Part shown: positions 26,273-39,340 of the stretch, piece by piece
Layout of the letters: every line of letters starts with the position of its first letter
Position numbering within the stretch: the first letter of the stretch is position 1
Assembly: GCF_009914755.1 (NCBI RefSeq)
Contig: NC_060937.1
DNA: 64,000 bases
Direction: 5' to 3' (one strand)
From: the human T2T-CHM13v2.0 reference genome, Homo sapiens
The notes under the pieces: model-generated
The model's input: only the letters and a program-made list of their open reading frames with translations
Database searches by the model: none
Told to the model about the DNA's origin: nothing
Program-made: the position numbers and the translations under genes

Positions 26273-26485
26273 GCAGTTTCTAAGGGCATGAACTCTGAAG
26301 ATGGGCTACCTGGTTCACTCCTGGCTCAATCTCTGACTAGCTCTGTGATCTTGCACATCTCTGTACCTCTGTACAGTTTCTTTATCTCTACAATGGGAAG
26401 CTCCCAAAGTTGCTATGGGTATTGACATCAACAATGAGTTGATGTGTGTTACGTTCTTAGCATGGTACCTGGTTAGTGGTTTGCC
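26273..26485 (+). mobile_element. MIR SINE
   Basis: taagggcatgaactctgaag..cctggttc..actagctctgtgatcttg..cagtttctttatct. Confidence 0.75.
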
Positions 26486-27804
26486 ATTGTCACAACTTCC
26501 ACGGCTTTGAAAGATTCTCAATGGGAAGAGAAGTGAAAGACACCTGAACTCCCAGCTCAGGTGAATGGCAGTCTCCACTACACCCCGCCAGTCTGACTTC
26601 TGAAACCTGGCTGTCAGCTTTTCCTCTTGCTCCACTGCCAACACTTCGAACCCCTACATTCCTGAAGATGTAGATGCTAGAAACTGGACTGGATATCAAC
26701 TGACCCCATAGAGCCCCATGGGAGTCAAATTTCTAAAATAAATAGTGCCAACAAAGTGAGAGTAAGTTTGCTCATATTCAGCCACCCAAGAAATGTCACA
26801 TTTATTTATTTTAATCAAATCCAACTCTGAGCAATGGTTTCAAGATCCTGTCTCAGTACCTACTGGGGTTTTCTGACCTACCAGGGTCAAACAAAGAGCT
26901 GACATGATCTCTTGAAGTCTGAGTGCCTGGTACTTCCCAGCCTGTGTAAGGGGCAGAGGAATCCAATTGGTGCTGGAGCCAGTAGCCTCATTCCCTGGGG
27001 TTCAGTCCTTCTGGGAACTCTACACAACCATTTCTGCCCATGTCTTATTGCTAACCTGGGGTGTGGACAGAGAAGGGTGAAAATGCTGTCACTTGGTGGG
27101 TTCACCAATCTCTAACAGCCCCCCAGGCTTGGGATATCGTCTGCTCCCTCTCAGCTTCCACTTGACACCCCAAAATCCCTCATGTCTCTCTTCTCTGGGA
27201 GTTCACAATCTAAAAGACCTGTTGGAAAGAGAAACTTGGGATAAAATGAATAAAGTACAACAGAGTCTCACCCAACTGTATTCCTCTACCAGAGGACAGA
27301 CCACAGATTACTGTCTTAACATATACCCTGACACACCAGCTGTGTGCCTTGGCTTGCTAATGTTTCTTGTAAATACTAATGTAGCAACATAATTTTGGTG
27401 AATCTAGGGTCCTGGTTATCTACTTAATCAGGCTTCAAAGTGCTTTATTTTCAGTGCACAGGGAAGAACCCTAACTGCTTACATTGTCTTGCTGACAGAA
27501 AAAGCTGATCTTATTTAAGAGTGGCAAGCATTACCTGGGCCCAGTTGGATACAGATATATCAGAAATGTATGTGTCTGTTTGTACACCTGAAAGCATCTC
27601 CCCAAAAGGGGGCTTTCAGCACAGGTGGCTTCCACTGCCCTCCTCCATCCCATCCTCATAGCAGACTGCCAAGAACCCTCTGGGTTACATGCACGTACAT
27701 AGGCCCAGAATTGGTGGTGTGGAGGCAGGGACAGACAAGAGGACAGCAAAGAAAATAGACAAAAGGAAGACCCTGGACAAACTCATCCCCCCTTTATCAA
27801 ATAA

Positions 27805-27935
27805 TCTTAAACTATATTCATGTGTGTTATCTCTTTTGATCCTCACGACGACCCTGGGAAATATAACTGACAATTTCCTTAGAGATGAAGAATCCACAAC
27901 AGGCAAGAAGTAATTTACGTGCCCAAGATCATCCA
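27805..27935 (-). mobile_element. MIR fragment
   Basis: atcctcacgacgaccctg...agatgaagaa...tgcccaagatca. Confidence 0.65.
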
Positions 27936-28039
27936 AAGAGCATGTGAGGAAACTACACAGCAGTGTGATTGTCCCAATCCCTGGCTACAGTTGCTTCTTT
28001 TCATTAATGATGATGCTTCTCCTCCATAAAACTCAGCCC

Positions 28040-28225
28040 AGTCGCAAAGTCATTTTCATATCTATTGCATCATTTAATTCTCTCCCAAAAATCTAGAAGG
28101 AAAGCACTATTATCACTGCATGGGAGACAAAAGGTCAAACTGATGGTTGGCCCATAGTGACAGGAACATCTAATAAATAAAAAAGGAATTCTGGTCTCCA
28201 AATTCTCTGCTCCTTCCTCTACCTC
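28040..28225 (-). mobile_element. MIR fragment (degraded)
   Basis: tttcatatctattgcatcatttaattctc...tattatcac. Confidence 0.5.
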
Positions 28226-28304
28226 CGAACTGTCTTTCCATGGGGCTCTATTCCATTGTCATTTGACTACCAAAAACATCATCCTCCAGAATCAGGATGA
28301 CCGC

Positions 28305-28560
28305 ACAGCATCAAATATGTGCCTACTGTGTCCCAGGCACTGTCCTCACATTGAGAATACAAAAGGCAATGAAAGAACCCCTTATGGGGGTCAAAGATCA
28401 GTGGGGGAGGCAGACTCGTGAACAGATAATTTGCTGTAAGCAACTAGTGCTGTAAACGAGGCATGCACGAGTACTCTGGAAATTCAAAGTCAGGGAGATT
28501 CACTCCACCTGCCCGGGAAGAGGGTGGAGGTGATGGGGCTCCAGGAGGCTTCAGTGGTGG
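28305..28560 (-). mobile_element. L2 fragment
   Basis: gtgcctactgtgtcccaggcactgtcct...cagtgggggaggcagac...caggaggcttc. Confidence 0.7.
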
Positions 28561-30039
28561 TACTGACGCTTTCCACAATATTACCCAAACTTGGGAATCA
28601 GCTTACACACGACGCAAAAGCCCAGAGAACAAAAATAGTTTTACCTCCCGCAGTTTAGTGAGAGTCATGGAAATTACAAGTGCAAAAAAGCACAAAAGAG
28701 AGTGATCAGCTATACTGCTGACTTTTTCCTACTTTTGACAACTTAAATGAAATTGTCCTGAGTCATACTTACTACAACCTTTGACATTTCTTAGACTTTT
28801 AACAGGTACAAATCCTCAGCAGCCACGTTGTTTATCTAAATTCAGCCCAGAGTCTGTGTCATGGTTGCCATTATATCCTGTGCAAGGAACATGAAAGGGC
28901 CAAATTTAGTAGCAGATGATGAGTGTCAGGTCCAGGAGTTTCCGAGAAGCTTATGAAATCCTCTGTCTTGTTTACACTACATTAAAATCTCCCTTCCCCA
29001 AGCCCGTCCTTCTCCGAAGGCTGAGGTGCTTATCCTGGAGCCACTACTTCCTGCAGCTTGAAGATGAGTAAACCATACCCGCCTGCCCCAGGGGTACCCT
29101 CTGGGATTCTGGGCAGCTCAGGGAATCTGCCCTGCTGGCATCATCATTTCCCTGAACCAAGTTCCCAAAACAACACAGTAATGACAGAAGAAAACCAAAG
29201 TGGCATAGATGGTACAGGTATACATAGCACCTGGCCCTGGGTTATCTTAAGCAGGTGGTCTTCCACGTAAATCCAGGGGACAGACAGACACAAGAGAGTT
29301 ACAGACTAGCCCTTGTCTAAGGTTGGGTGCATTTTCCTAATGGGATACCACATGCCTGGTTACAGCAACCTAAGGAGAATGACTGAATTGTTCTGAGCTC
29401 AGGAAGAAACATTAAAAAGCTGGCTGCAGTTTGTTACATCCCTAACTTGTCCAGATATTAATATTTTAAACAGCAGGACTGACAATCCTCTTGATCTCTT
29501 GATACTCATCTATTAACAAAGTAATTTTTCCCCTGTGGCACTCAAAAAAATCTTTGCGTTTGAATTTTTTTAAAAGTCATGGCTCACAAATATTTTGTAA
29601 CATTTGCACCCCGTTCTCTAGAAGGGATCACTCCCTTGTTCTCACTGTTTTACTGGCCTCCTGAGTGCTATGCCCACATACAGCAGTAATCTAATTTCCA
29701 TCTGGTCAACCTCCAGGAGCTATTTTGAGTCTGGCCTGAATTTAGTCCACTTTTCCTGCCAGTGCAGACTCAGGCCCTCTACTCTCCTGGGGCTCTTTTC
29801 TCTAAAGAAGCTTTTGAAAAATACAGGCTTCCTACAGGGCCAGGGTCACTGCCCATCTCAGCTTGGAGTGGTGCCAGGAGATGCTAAGTACTACCCTACT
29901 TGCCACTGGGGAAAGACAGGAAAGGCAGGAGCTGGCCTTCCCATCCTCAGCTCTCACGGTTCTTGTCTCTCTCCCTGGCTCTGCCCCCAGCCATTTGCTC
30001 AATCCTGCAGGATGCTGAGTGCACCCTGCTAAGTGTCTG

Positions 30040-30340
30040 ATCCTTTGCTCCCATTTGACCCTGTGCCTGGAGTGTACTTGCAGTTGTCTAGCTAACTCCT
30101 GCTGGCCTCTTCCTCATCCCCAAGATGGCTCAGGTACTCCTCATTGGTTTTTCTTTAGCCTCTGCCACATCAGGGCATCCACCTCACCATCTAGAACCAG
30201 CCCTTTTACTTGTCTGTCTCCCACCCCTTCATGCTAGACTGTGATCTCCCTGAAAGTGACACTGTGCTCTGTTATCCCTCGCATCCTAAGTACCAGACAC
30301 ATAGAAGACGTCCCATATACTTTTGCTGAATTGAATTCAA
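30040..30340 (+). mobile_element. L2 3' end
   Basis: tttacttgtctgtctccc..ctagactgtgatctccctga...cacatag...ttgctgaattgaa. Confidence 0.7.
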
Positions 30341-30376
30341 TTGCCCTAGAAAAGAAAAGTGCCTAGAGGAAATGAT

Positions 30377-30399
30377 TAAAAAAAAAAAAAAAAAAAAAA
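30377..30399. repeat. Poly(A) tract
   Basis: About 23 consecutive A. Confidence 0.9.
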
Positions 30400-31249
30400 G
30401 GAGGATTGGAAGAAGTGAAAAGAAAAAAAAAAGCATTTGGTGGAAAGTCAGAGGGCACCTCCAAACACTGCCTCAACTGTCATGCTTGACTTTGTAAGTG
30501 GACTAACACCAAGCTGATGATGAATCAGTCGGAAACGATGATGCTATCTCCAACCCCTACTGCCTAGAGAAAGGGTTTCCAAGTCCAGTACCTCCAGGGG
30601 CAAGTAGGCAACCTCACTGTGAGGAAGTCAGCCAGATATGAAACAGCAGGGAGTGATGGAATCATGGAAACCCTGTGCAGAGAGCCTCCTAGACCAAAAC
30701 ATTCAAATTCAAATCCAAATGCAGGCAAAGCCAGCCTGAGGTCCCGATTCATGCTCTGCTGGCCAGATCTAGAAGGATAGTGCTCTGCATTGCAAAAAGT
30801 ACCTCTAGCCTGGAACAGGACCTGTCCTCTTTGATTTTTCTACATTTCACAGGTTTAAATTAAGTACACTCAAAGGTGTTATTTGTAGCAATATCCTAAC
30901 TACATTGAACTACCATTTAACATGCTGTTTCTACGGGAAACATGTATTGCAAGTTCTAACTCTAAGTGCTAGGAGTGTCCCAGCATCCATCCCATCTTTG
31001 GTGATGACAGCATCCATGGAATCAACATCTGAGGTACAGAACGTCACTGGGGAGGCCAGGAGAAAGCTCCTGGGTGCAGATAGCTTGTGATGGCTCCATA
31101 TCTCTGTATATATCTCAACACGACCCTCACACTCGATACTCCAGGCATGTCCACCTATCTACAGAGGGCCCGCCATCCTCATTTCTTCACCACTGCTGTG
31201 TGCCATGCTACATCCTCTGCCTCACCTTCACCCAGCTGCTTGTTTTTAT

Positions 31250-31525
31250 CCTGTGGGCCACTTCTTTTCCTAACCTCTTCCCCACTCTGTTGTCTGACAC
31301 TCCAAAGCCACCAGAGCATGTTGTACTTTCCCCAGTGTGGTGCTTCTCCACACTGGATTGTGACTGTCATTTGTGGTCAGCATCTCCCCCAGACTGGTAG
31401 GAGGAGGAGAGGGTCGGACTCTTCACAGCAGTATCCCCAACACCTGACTGGTGTCACATGCTTCGTGGCCAGCATTGAATGAATGAGCAAATGTATTAAC
31501 AAAAAATTGAAGGAATGAATAGATA
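31250..31525 (+). mobile_element. L2 3' end (degraded)
   Basis: tctcccccagact...tcttcacagcagtatccccaacacct...ttgaatgaatga. Confidence 0.55.
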
Positions 31526-31629
31526 AAGCAACTTTTTGCGCTAAATCACTGGTATTCTCAAATGGGTCACATGACACACTGTCCTCTCAAGGGACAGAGA
31601 CAAAGCTTGCATCTGAAACTCCCCATACC

Positions 31630-31817
31630 TGCACATTCATTGCTCAGTTAACCTTCACAATAACCAACATGAGGTATTTCTTTTACAACAATAAAAAAGT
31701 AAATTGATGACTAGAGATATTGAATAAATTGCCCAGCACCATAAAGCTAGTAAATGGCTGAACCCTGAACTCCAACCCAGCTCCCCTGACTGCAAAACCT
31801 GTGCTTTCCCACCACAC
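31630..31817 (-). mobile_element. MIR SINE
   Basis: ccttcacaataacc..gaggta; ttgcccagcaccataaagctagtaaatggc..ctgactgcaaa. Confidence 0.75.
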
Positions 31818-33330
31818 CGGGCTGGCCAGGGGTTAGGAGCTCACTGATGCCTGATGGCAAACATACTCCTGCTGTCGCTGCTGCTGCTCCCACTCCTGAC
31901 TTCAGTATTCCAGGCTCACACAGCCAAATCAGCTCTCAGAAGAAGTCAACCCCAGAGTAGATTCTGGGTCACAGCTGTTACAATCAGGAAGTTGGTCTTT
32001 AACCCCAGGTAGAAGCTTCACTTCACTAGGGTGGGATCTTTGAACACAGAGCATCCCTTCCATCTGCTGTCCCACACCTGCCTCCCTATGCCTATTCTCA
32101 TCAACACATATTTAAAACCTTTGAAGGACAACCTCAAGCCACATGCAAAAAACTTCCTAATTATTAGGGAGCGAATTTGCAATATTTTAGTATATATAAG
32201 TAAGAGTGAATGAAAGAGACATAGAGGCCGAGGGAGAGGCAGAGAGAGAGGGAAACAGAAAGTGAAAGCAGAGGCAGAGTTATGCATAACAGGTTCTAAA
32301 ATACACTATTTGGTAGGGGTGTAATGATGACGCACATTGCTAGAGAAAAGAACAAAATGGAGGAAGCTCTCTGGCGTCTATGTGCCTTATAAAATTATTA
32401 ATTTAACCAATCCCTAAAGTCATGAAGTATTAAGTGACAAGTTGTCTAGCTACAATAGTATGAGTCAACTACTGCATATTCCACTCTATTTTAACATTGA
32501 AGCCTAAGATGATTTAGGCTAACAAAGTCATTTTCCAAACAAATCTAAAAATCAAATCTTCATACAAGAAAAGAGGGAGAAGCACCAGACTTTAACCCCA
32601 AATGGCAGCCAGTCTTTATGAGATTCTGTTACAGGGTCTGTAAAACTCTGAGCCAGCTGCATGGAAAGGACCCAGGACCACTCACACTGACTGATGTGGT
32701 CTTTGAAAATGTGCCAGCAAGGCTTACAGAGAAGGAAACCAGAGCTTTTCAGAACTCAGCTCCTCTGCACAGCGACACAGTGAGATGGACAAGGGCTGCT
32801 CTACTGAATTTGCAAATGTGAATTTAACCCACTTATGAAAACAGTACCGGGCATGGCTATATCACTTATCAGCTCATCAAGTTTGTTCTGGAGGGGAAGC
32901 AGTTTTGTGTGGCCCCACTATCAGGCACCAGCCTCATAAAGAAGCAAGCAGCACAAATCCTAAATTCTGTGGTGTTTAATGGAGGCCATGTCAACACAAC
33001 AGCGGGAAAGAGAGGGACTCTCTACCAACCGGTATACTAAGACATAATCTAGAGGCCAAAGGACTCCAGATAAATTACCCATTGCCCAAAACAAAAGGAA
33101 GTCTTTTGATAAGAGAAATATTTACACCTGGGGAGTAAGCCATGGTCCCAGGAAGAAAATGTCTTAAAATGAACTTTGCATCTATTTAGTTTTGCATTTT
33201 CAGTCCCCAAATACCCCATCACTGTTTTCCTGTTTTCTTTTTCTCTCCCATGAGCTCACTATCCCTTTGCAAATTTAGGGGAAATAGGACTGCTGTTGAC
33301 TCTGCAGCTGCAAAAAAAAAAAAAAAAAAA

Positions 33331-33390
33331 CTTGCTAAGTGGAAGAAACCATTTAAAAAGGGCCACATACTGTATGATTCCATCTACATG
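33331..33390 (+). mobile_element. L1MB-type 3' region, left piece
   Basis: tgctaagtggaagaaacca..aaaagggccacatactgtatgattccat. Confidence 0.75.
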
Positions 33391-34583
33391 TTACATATTT
33401 ATAGCTGTCCCTCAGTTCTTGGATTTTCTGGTCTAATTTTTTCCATCTTTTTCTTTCCAGTTTGGAAGTTTCTGTTGAGATATCCTCAAGCAATTCTTTC
33501 CTCAGCCTTATCTAGTCTACCAATGAGCCCATCAAAGACATTTGTTATTTCTGTTGAAGTGTTTTTGAAGCATTTTCTCTTGTTTCTTGGAATTCCCATC
33601 TCCTGGGTTACATTGCCTTATCTGTTCTTGCTCTCTGTCTACTTATCCAGTAGAGTCAAATATTAATCATATTTGTTTTAAATTCCTGATCTAATAATTC
33701 CAACATCTCTGCCACATGTGAGTCTGGTTCTGAGGCTTGCTCTGGCTCTTCAAACTGTGTTTTTTTCAGTTTTAGTATGCCTGGTAATATTTTTTTTTAA
33801 CTTAATTTTCTTGATAGCTGGGTATGATATACTGGGTAAAAGGAACTGCTGTAAACAGGCCTTTAATAATGTGGTGGTGAGGTGTGGGGAGGGGAAGTAA
33901 TCTGTAGTCCTATAATTAGGTCTTAATTTAGTGAGCCTCTGCCTGCGAACTGTGAACTTCACAGGTGTTCTCAGCCCAGCCCCCTTTAGGCGGGACAAGA
34001 TGGCTACAGTGGGCTGGAGTTGGGTGTTTCCCATCCTCTAAGTCAGTTAGGGTCTGATAAACCCCAATAGTTTATGCTCTGGTAAAACAGTTTCTCCTGA
34101 GTGCAGACCTTGTTAAGAACAGAATGTTCTGTTGTATTTTAAAATGGTTCCTTTTCCCAATCTCCTGCTGAATGAATGAGAAGATTTTTCTCTGATAGTC
34201 ACTGTGAGAACCTGGTTGAGCCCCAGAAGTTAAAACTCACAGAAGTATGCAGAACCCCTATGACCCAGTCGTCCTGGAGTTTTTCACTCTGAGACTTGTC
34301 CATACTGAGCCGCCAGCAATTTGTTGGTTATAGTTCCAGTTTTAACTACTTCAGCGCTGTTCCCTGTGGAGGGTTCTTCTCCTGGTTTCAGCTTCTGTAA
34401 GTTGTGATTCTCCGTGTCTACCTGTCTGCCTCTACAATTTAGAGGACAGCAGTTTGCCCTGTGATCTCAATTCTCTGATGGATCTAAAGAGTTGTGGATG
34501 TTTCCGTTTGTTCAGCTTTTTATTCCTTAGGATGGAGTGGTGACTTCCAAACTCCTTACATGCCTAACCAGAAACTGTAAGTC
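33391..34583 (-). mobile_element. L1MC-type 5' end (5'UTR and start of ORF1)
   Basis: atgagcccatcaaagacatt, ttttaaattcctgatctaataattccaacatct; ends at ggagtggtgacttccaaactccttacatg..accagaaactgtaagtc. Confidence 0.75.
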
Positions 34584-34586
34584 CCA

Positions 34587-34825
34587 ATTCCATCTCTAAG
34601 AAATGTCCAGAATAGGTAAATCCACAGAGACAAAAAAAAATTTGGTTGTTTAGGGCTGGAAGGATAGGAGGTTGAGGGATAATAGCTAAAGGGTACAAGG
34701 TTTCTTCTGGAAGTGATAAAAATATAATAAAATTTATTATGATGATGGTTGCCCAACTTTGTGAATATAAATCCATCAAATTGTACACTTTAAATGGGTA
34801 AAATGTATGGTATGTGAATTATAAT
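34587..34825 (+). mobile_element. L1MB-type 3' end, right piece
   Basis: gaaatgtccagaataggtaaatccacagagaca...ttgtacactttaaatgggt..tgtatggtatgtgaattata. Confidence 0.88.
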
Positions 34826-34829
34826 GCTG

Positions 34830-35340
34830 AACAAAGGAAGGAAGAAAGAAAGGAAAAGACAGAGGGAAAGGAAGAAAGAGAGATGGAAGGGAAGGAAAGA
34901 AGGGGAAGGGAAAGAGGGAGGGAAAGGAAGAAAGAGAGAAGGAAGGGAAGGGAAGAAGGGGTAGGGAAGGGGAAGGAAAAGGAAGGGAAGAGGAGGAGAG
35001 GCGAGAGGAGGGAAAGGGGAGGGAGGGGAAGGGAGGGTAACGGAAGGGAAGGGGAGAGGAGGGGAAAGGGAGGGGAAGGGAAGGGAGGGGAAGGGATGGA
35101 AAGGGAGGAAAGGGAGGAAAGGGGAAGGAAGTGAAGGGGAGAGGAGGGGAAAGGGAGGGGACGGGAAGGGAGGGGAAGGGAAGGGAGGGGAAGGGAGGGG
35201 AAGGGAGGGAAGGGGAGGAAAGGGGAAGGAAGTGAAGGGGAGGGAAGGGGAGGGAAGTGAAGGGGAGGGAAGGGAAAGGGAAGGGAGGGAAGAGGAAAGA
35301 AGGGGAGAGGAGGGGAGGGGAGGGGAAAGGAAATGGGGAA
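34830..35340. repeat. Polypurine (GGGAA/GGAA-like) low-complexity tract
   Basis: About 510 bp almost entirely G/A. Confidence 0.97.
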
Positions 35341-35544
35341 GCAAAGCACCATAGCCCAAAGATAGAAGGAGTGGTATACAGTTGTGTCTGCATGGCCTGA
35401 AGTCTCTGAGCCTCTTCAGGATCTTCAGCCTCCTTCCCTCTAGTGTGAGATTCCACCACCCTCCCCCTCCCATAACATACACATACACGCACCAAAACCT
35501 TTGTTCCAGGCATCTCAAACAATTTGTATTTCCACCCAAACTCT

Positions 35545-35940
35545 ATGCAGTTCCATTCCTCTGAGCTTTTACACAAACTCTTCTCTCTACCTTGAATGCC
35601 TATCCTACCCCATTTCCTACCAAGAGAATTCTCACTCAACTTTCAAGACCCAGTTTAAATGTCACACCCTTCAGGATGTCTATCCCTACCTCCTCAGATA
35701 GTTAGGGGGCTCCTCCTCGTCACCTGCAGAAGGCTTTACTGTACAGTATGTCACCATATGAGAAGGTAGAACATCTGTCACAATGCACTTAGGCCTATTT
35801 AGATGCATATCATCCCCAACAATACCACAGGCTCATGAAGGACAAATGCTGTATTTTATTCATCTTGGTGTTGAAAAAACTTGGAACTGTGGCTGTCGTA
35901 TAAAAGATATCTAGTAAATATTTGCCAAATGAACAAATAG
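35545..35940 (+). mobile_element. L2 3' region
   Basis: ttcaagacccagtttaaatgtcac...agtaaatatttgccaaatgaa. Confidence 0.7.
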
Positions 35941-37740
35941 CAGACAGGCATCATGCCTCTGTGACACAGGTCATGGAAAGTTAACAGAAATTGTTCCTGT
36001 TTGCAGAAATATTTGCAAGTAGAAACATCAATGGTTTCACAAAATGTCTGTGTACCCAAGTTTCTGCCCCAAATCGGAAGCCATTTCAACTTGGCTCCTG
36101 CACAGGATGTGACTTCCTGCCCAGAGAGCTCCAAAGGCCCCTCGTGCTGCTTGGGCAGGATCCAAATCTCAACAGAGAATGCAACACGAAAGGCAGAGTA
36201 TATATGTTACAGAGAGACAAACAGCAGATGTGCAGAGCAAGCCTTGGGGTCATGAGCAAAATAGGAAGACAGCAGTTTACAGCATGTTTTCTAGGGATGC
36301 CAAACTCCGTAGAAACTACTGATCAGAATTGTGTTTGAAGTTAAATATGAGCATTTCCTGATGTCAAGTCTAGAAGTTTCTGTACACAAAACAAGCATCC
36401 TGCATGAAAGAGTCTGTCAACCCTAGCTCTGACCAGAAGGAACAAGGAGAGTATGAAGCACAGAAGATGATCCACCAAGCCTGGGAGAAGAGGCTAAGAA
36501 GTTGAGGAGTGCCAGTTTCTCCATGAACAGGAACAGGAGCTATTATTTATTTTTGCATATTTTTATGAATTTATGTTGAAGACAATGGGTAGAATTCCTG
36601 AATGTAGTTCCTGTCATTTGCAATAAGTCATTTTTTTGGGCCTTGTAAAGTCCAAAAGTAAAGATCTCCTCCAGGTCAGATCAAATATAGATAGAGCCTG
36701 TTGACCCCCCTGTGATGGTTAGGGCTTCTCACACTGAAAGCTGTGGGAGCTATAAAGAGAAAAAAGGCATCCCTGACCTTCAGTGTTAATGTGAATTAAC
36801 CTTACTATCCTGCTACTTAAAAATATACCAACATAAATCTGGGTATAAACTCTTCATGCTGACAGCTCTGATATAACTTGAAAAGTAACACAAACTCACA
36901 AATTAAATGAAAAACAAACCTTCAAAGGTCAATAAAATTCAAATCAACCACATTAAGCTAATAACACCAGTAATGTTATTTTGTTGAAACTAATTTGCAA
37001 CACACATACCATGCTGACATTGTTAAGATGTTGGCATTTTTGAGTGTGGCATGCCTATGCTACCCCGTGCTGTGGGATGACTCAATTCTCCCACCACTTT
37101 CCTCAGTTTAATTTGGTGCTACACCTCCCTCCATTCATGCCAAGCTTCAAGATGTCACTTGCCCTTCATTGGAGGGAATACAACCATACATGTGAGCACT
37201 GAAATTGTACCTGCATACTAGCGATAACTTGGTCACCCCGTTGCTTCAATTATTGCATTAAATATATAATTTTAAGTCATATTTATAAGGTTAAGCTAAA
37301 ATAAGATTATAAAATTTGCATCGAGATTCTGTGGATCCCAGTTTGAGAAACATGCTGTTAGACCAGCCATCACCCCTGAGAGCATTCCCCTATCTCTTTA
37401 ACCAGTTTAATCAACGTTTGTGCCAAAGGAAAGAAAAACTCACCCCAGGACAATGCCAGTATTTAAAACACAGAGATAGATACTTTCACAACGGGTTGTC
37501 CTCTGTAAGTCATAGATGGAGGGAAGAATTCCCAGGAAGGCGAAGGTCAGAAGAAGACCCAACTCCCTCCTCAATAAGCCCTCCCCAGGGCAACTGATCT
37601 TCCTGGCTTGAAACCCCCTCACCTGATCCCGCTCTGGCTGGCCATGTGTGGCTGTGTCTCCAGGAAGTCCAAGCTACCAGTTAACAAAGCTCTGTCAATC
37701 CGTGAATTGTTTTACCAAGGGCTTGTTTTGCCTTATTTTG

Positions 37741-38119
37741 TGTTTTTGTTTTTTAATAGTGGTAAAATACACATAACATAAAATTGACCATCTTAATCAT
37801 TTTTCACTCTTCATTTCCCCCTCCATCGTGGCAACCACCATTCTTATTTTTGTCTCGATGAATTTGACTACTCTAGGTGCCTCATATACGTGAAATCATG
37901 TGGTATTTGTCCTTTTATGACTGGCTTATTTCCTTTAGCATAGTGTCCTCATGGTTAATCCAAATAATAGCATGTCAGACTTCCTTCTTTTTGAAAACTG
38001 AATAATATTACGTTGTATGTATACAACTTATTTTGCTTATCCATTCATTGATTGATGAACATGTGGGCTGCTTCTACCTTTTGGTTATTGTGTATAAAGC
38101 TGCTATGAACATGAATGTA
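37741..38119 (-). mobile_element. L1MB-type 3' end, 5'-truncated
   Basis: gtggtaaaatacacataacataaaatt...gctgctatgaacat; TSD ccttattttg. Confidence 0.9.
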
Positions 38120-38706
38120 CCTTATTTTGTTTTTCACTGAATTGGCTGGTTCTTTTGGTTCTACCATATTAACACCTGCATTTTCCAGATTTCCCATCTC
38201 CATTTAAGCCTGGAAAGATGTGCCTTTAGGATCTGGTGCTTTTTTCTCCAGTGTATAACTTTATATGCCCTCTGACTACAGACATGGGCGCAAAGCTGCA
38301 TGGGTGATGAACTGTAACGGGCTGGACTCCAGCACATCCCGCAGGAATGTGTAACATGACTTAGACAACAATGTTTGATTCTACTTCCCAGCAGAGGAAA
38401 ACTAAGTGGGGCGGGTTCTATAGGATCATTCTTAGCCACCAAGTCAGGGTTTCACCTCAGTGTGAACCATCCTGTTGTGCTCTCAGGAGGAGACTGCCAT
38501 GAAGCTACTGGAAGCACCTTCCCTTACCAGCTCCCCTTCCAGGGATCTCAAAAATGCTGCCGTGGAAGCTGCCTCTCTTACAAGTGAGGAAGGCACCCCA
38601 AAATTAGCTGTCATTCCCTTGTGGTACCTTTACTGTGAGTGACGCACTGACGTGTGCTATACCTTTTATGGAGGCTCATGCAGAGTACTGCCACCTAATA
38701 GCAGGT

Positions 38707-38765
38707 GCACACACACCAACATGCACACACACACACCCCAACATGCACACACACACACACACATG
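38707..38765. repeat. Imperfect (CA)n repeat
   Basis: caacatgcacacacac units repeated. Confidence 0.8.
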
Positions 38766-39239
38766 CCCCACAGAAATCTAGCAGCCTGCTGACCTGAAAC
38801 CCATCCTCCGAGACTCAGGGCCATGCAAAAGCTCCCTTAACACGACTCTATTTTCTATCAGTCAAAGAAAATAAACTCTCCTGGGGCATATTTCTTCCTC
38901 CCAGGTGGTTTCATGAAAAGAGAGGGTGAATCTCTCCCAAACCACACAAGAACTTGTGTTTTCACAAGAAGGGGAAACCGCAGGGGGGTCTTCTCTCTGG
39001 GTCCCTAGCGGCCCCGGGAGACCCAGGTTTTCCCAAGAGCCAACAGCTCTTCCCTGCATGCAGAGCTGGTCCTGGGCAGATGAAGAACTCAAAGGAGGCA
39101 GACGGGCGAAAGTCAGCTCTCATAGCAAGCATCTTAGGGAGTGCCCATGTGCTGCAAGGAGAAGCCGGGGAGCAGAGGAAGGGACACTGGACTGAGAGCC
39201 CTGATGGGGATCCTGGATCCCAGGGTGGCTGGCCTCCTC

Positions 39240-39340
39240 TTTTACCTACCTTATGAGGTGAATGTGAAGGCCAAACATGAGTTGTGAGCATGTTTTTTGT
39301 AAATGGTAAAATGTCCTACAAGTGGGAGGCATCATTGTTT
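39240..39340 (+). mobile_element. MIR 3' fragment
   Basis: cctaccttatgagg..tgtgaagg..tttgtaaatggtaaaatg. Confidence 0.5.

Noticed and set aside
34776-35639. 287, 249 and 177-aa Pro/Ser/Phe-rich ORFs
   Set aside because: Stop-free reading of the polypurine tract.
37440-37622. 60-aa minus-strand ORF bounded by donor-like GTGAG motifs
   Set aside because: No convincing acceptor and no recognisable protein similarity.
37690-37705. Minus-strand ggattgacaga resembling 18S rRNA
   Set aside because: Only about 11 nt match, which is expected by chance.
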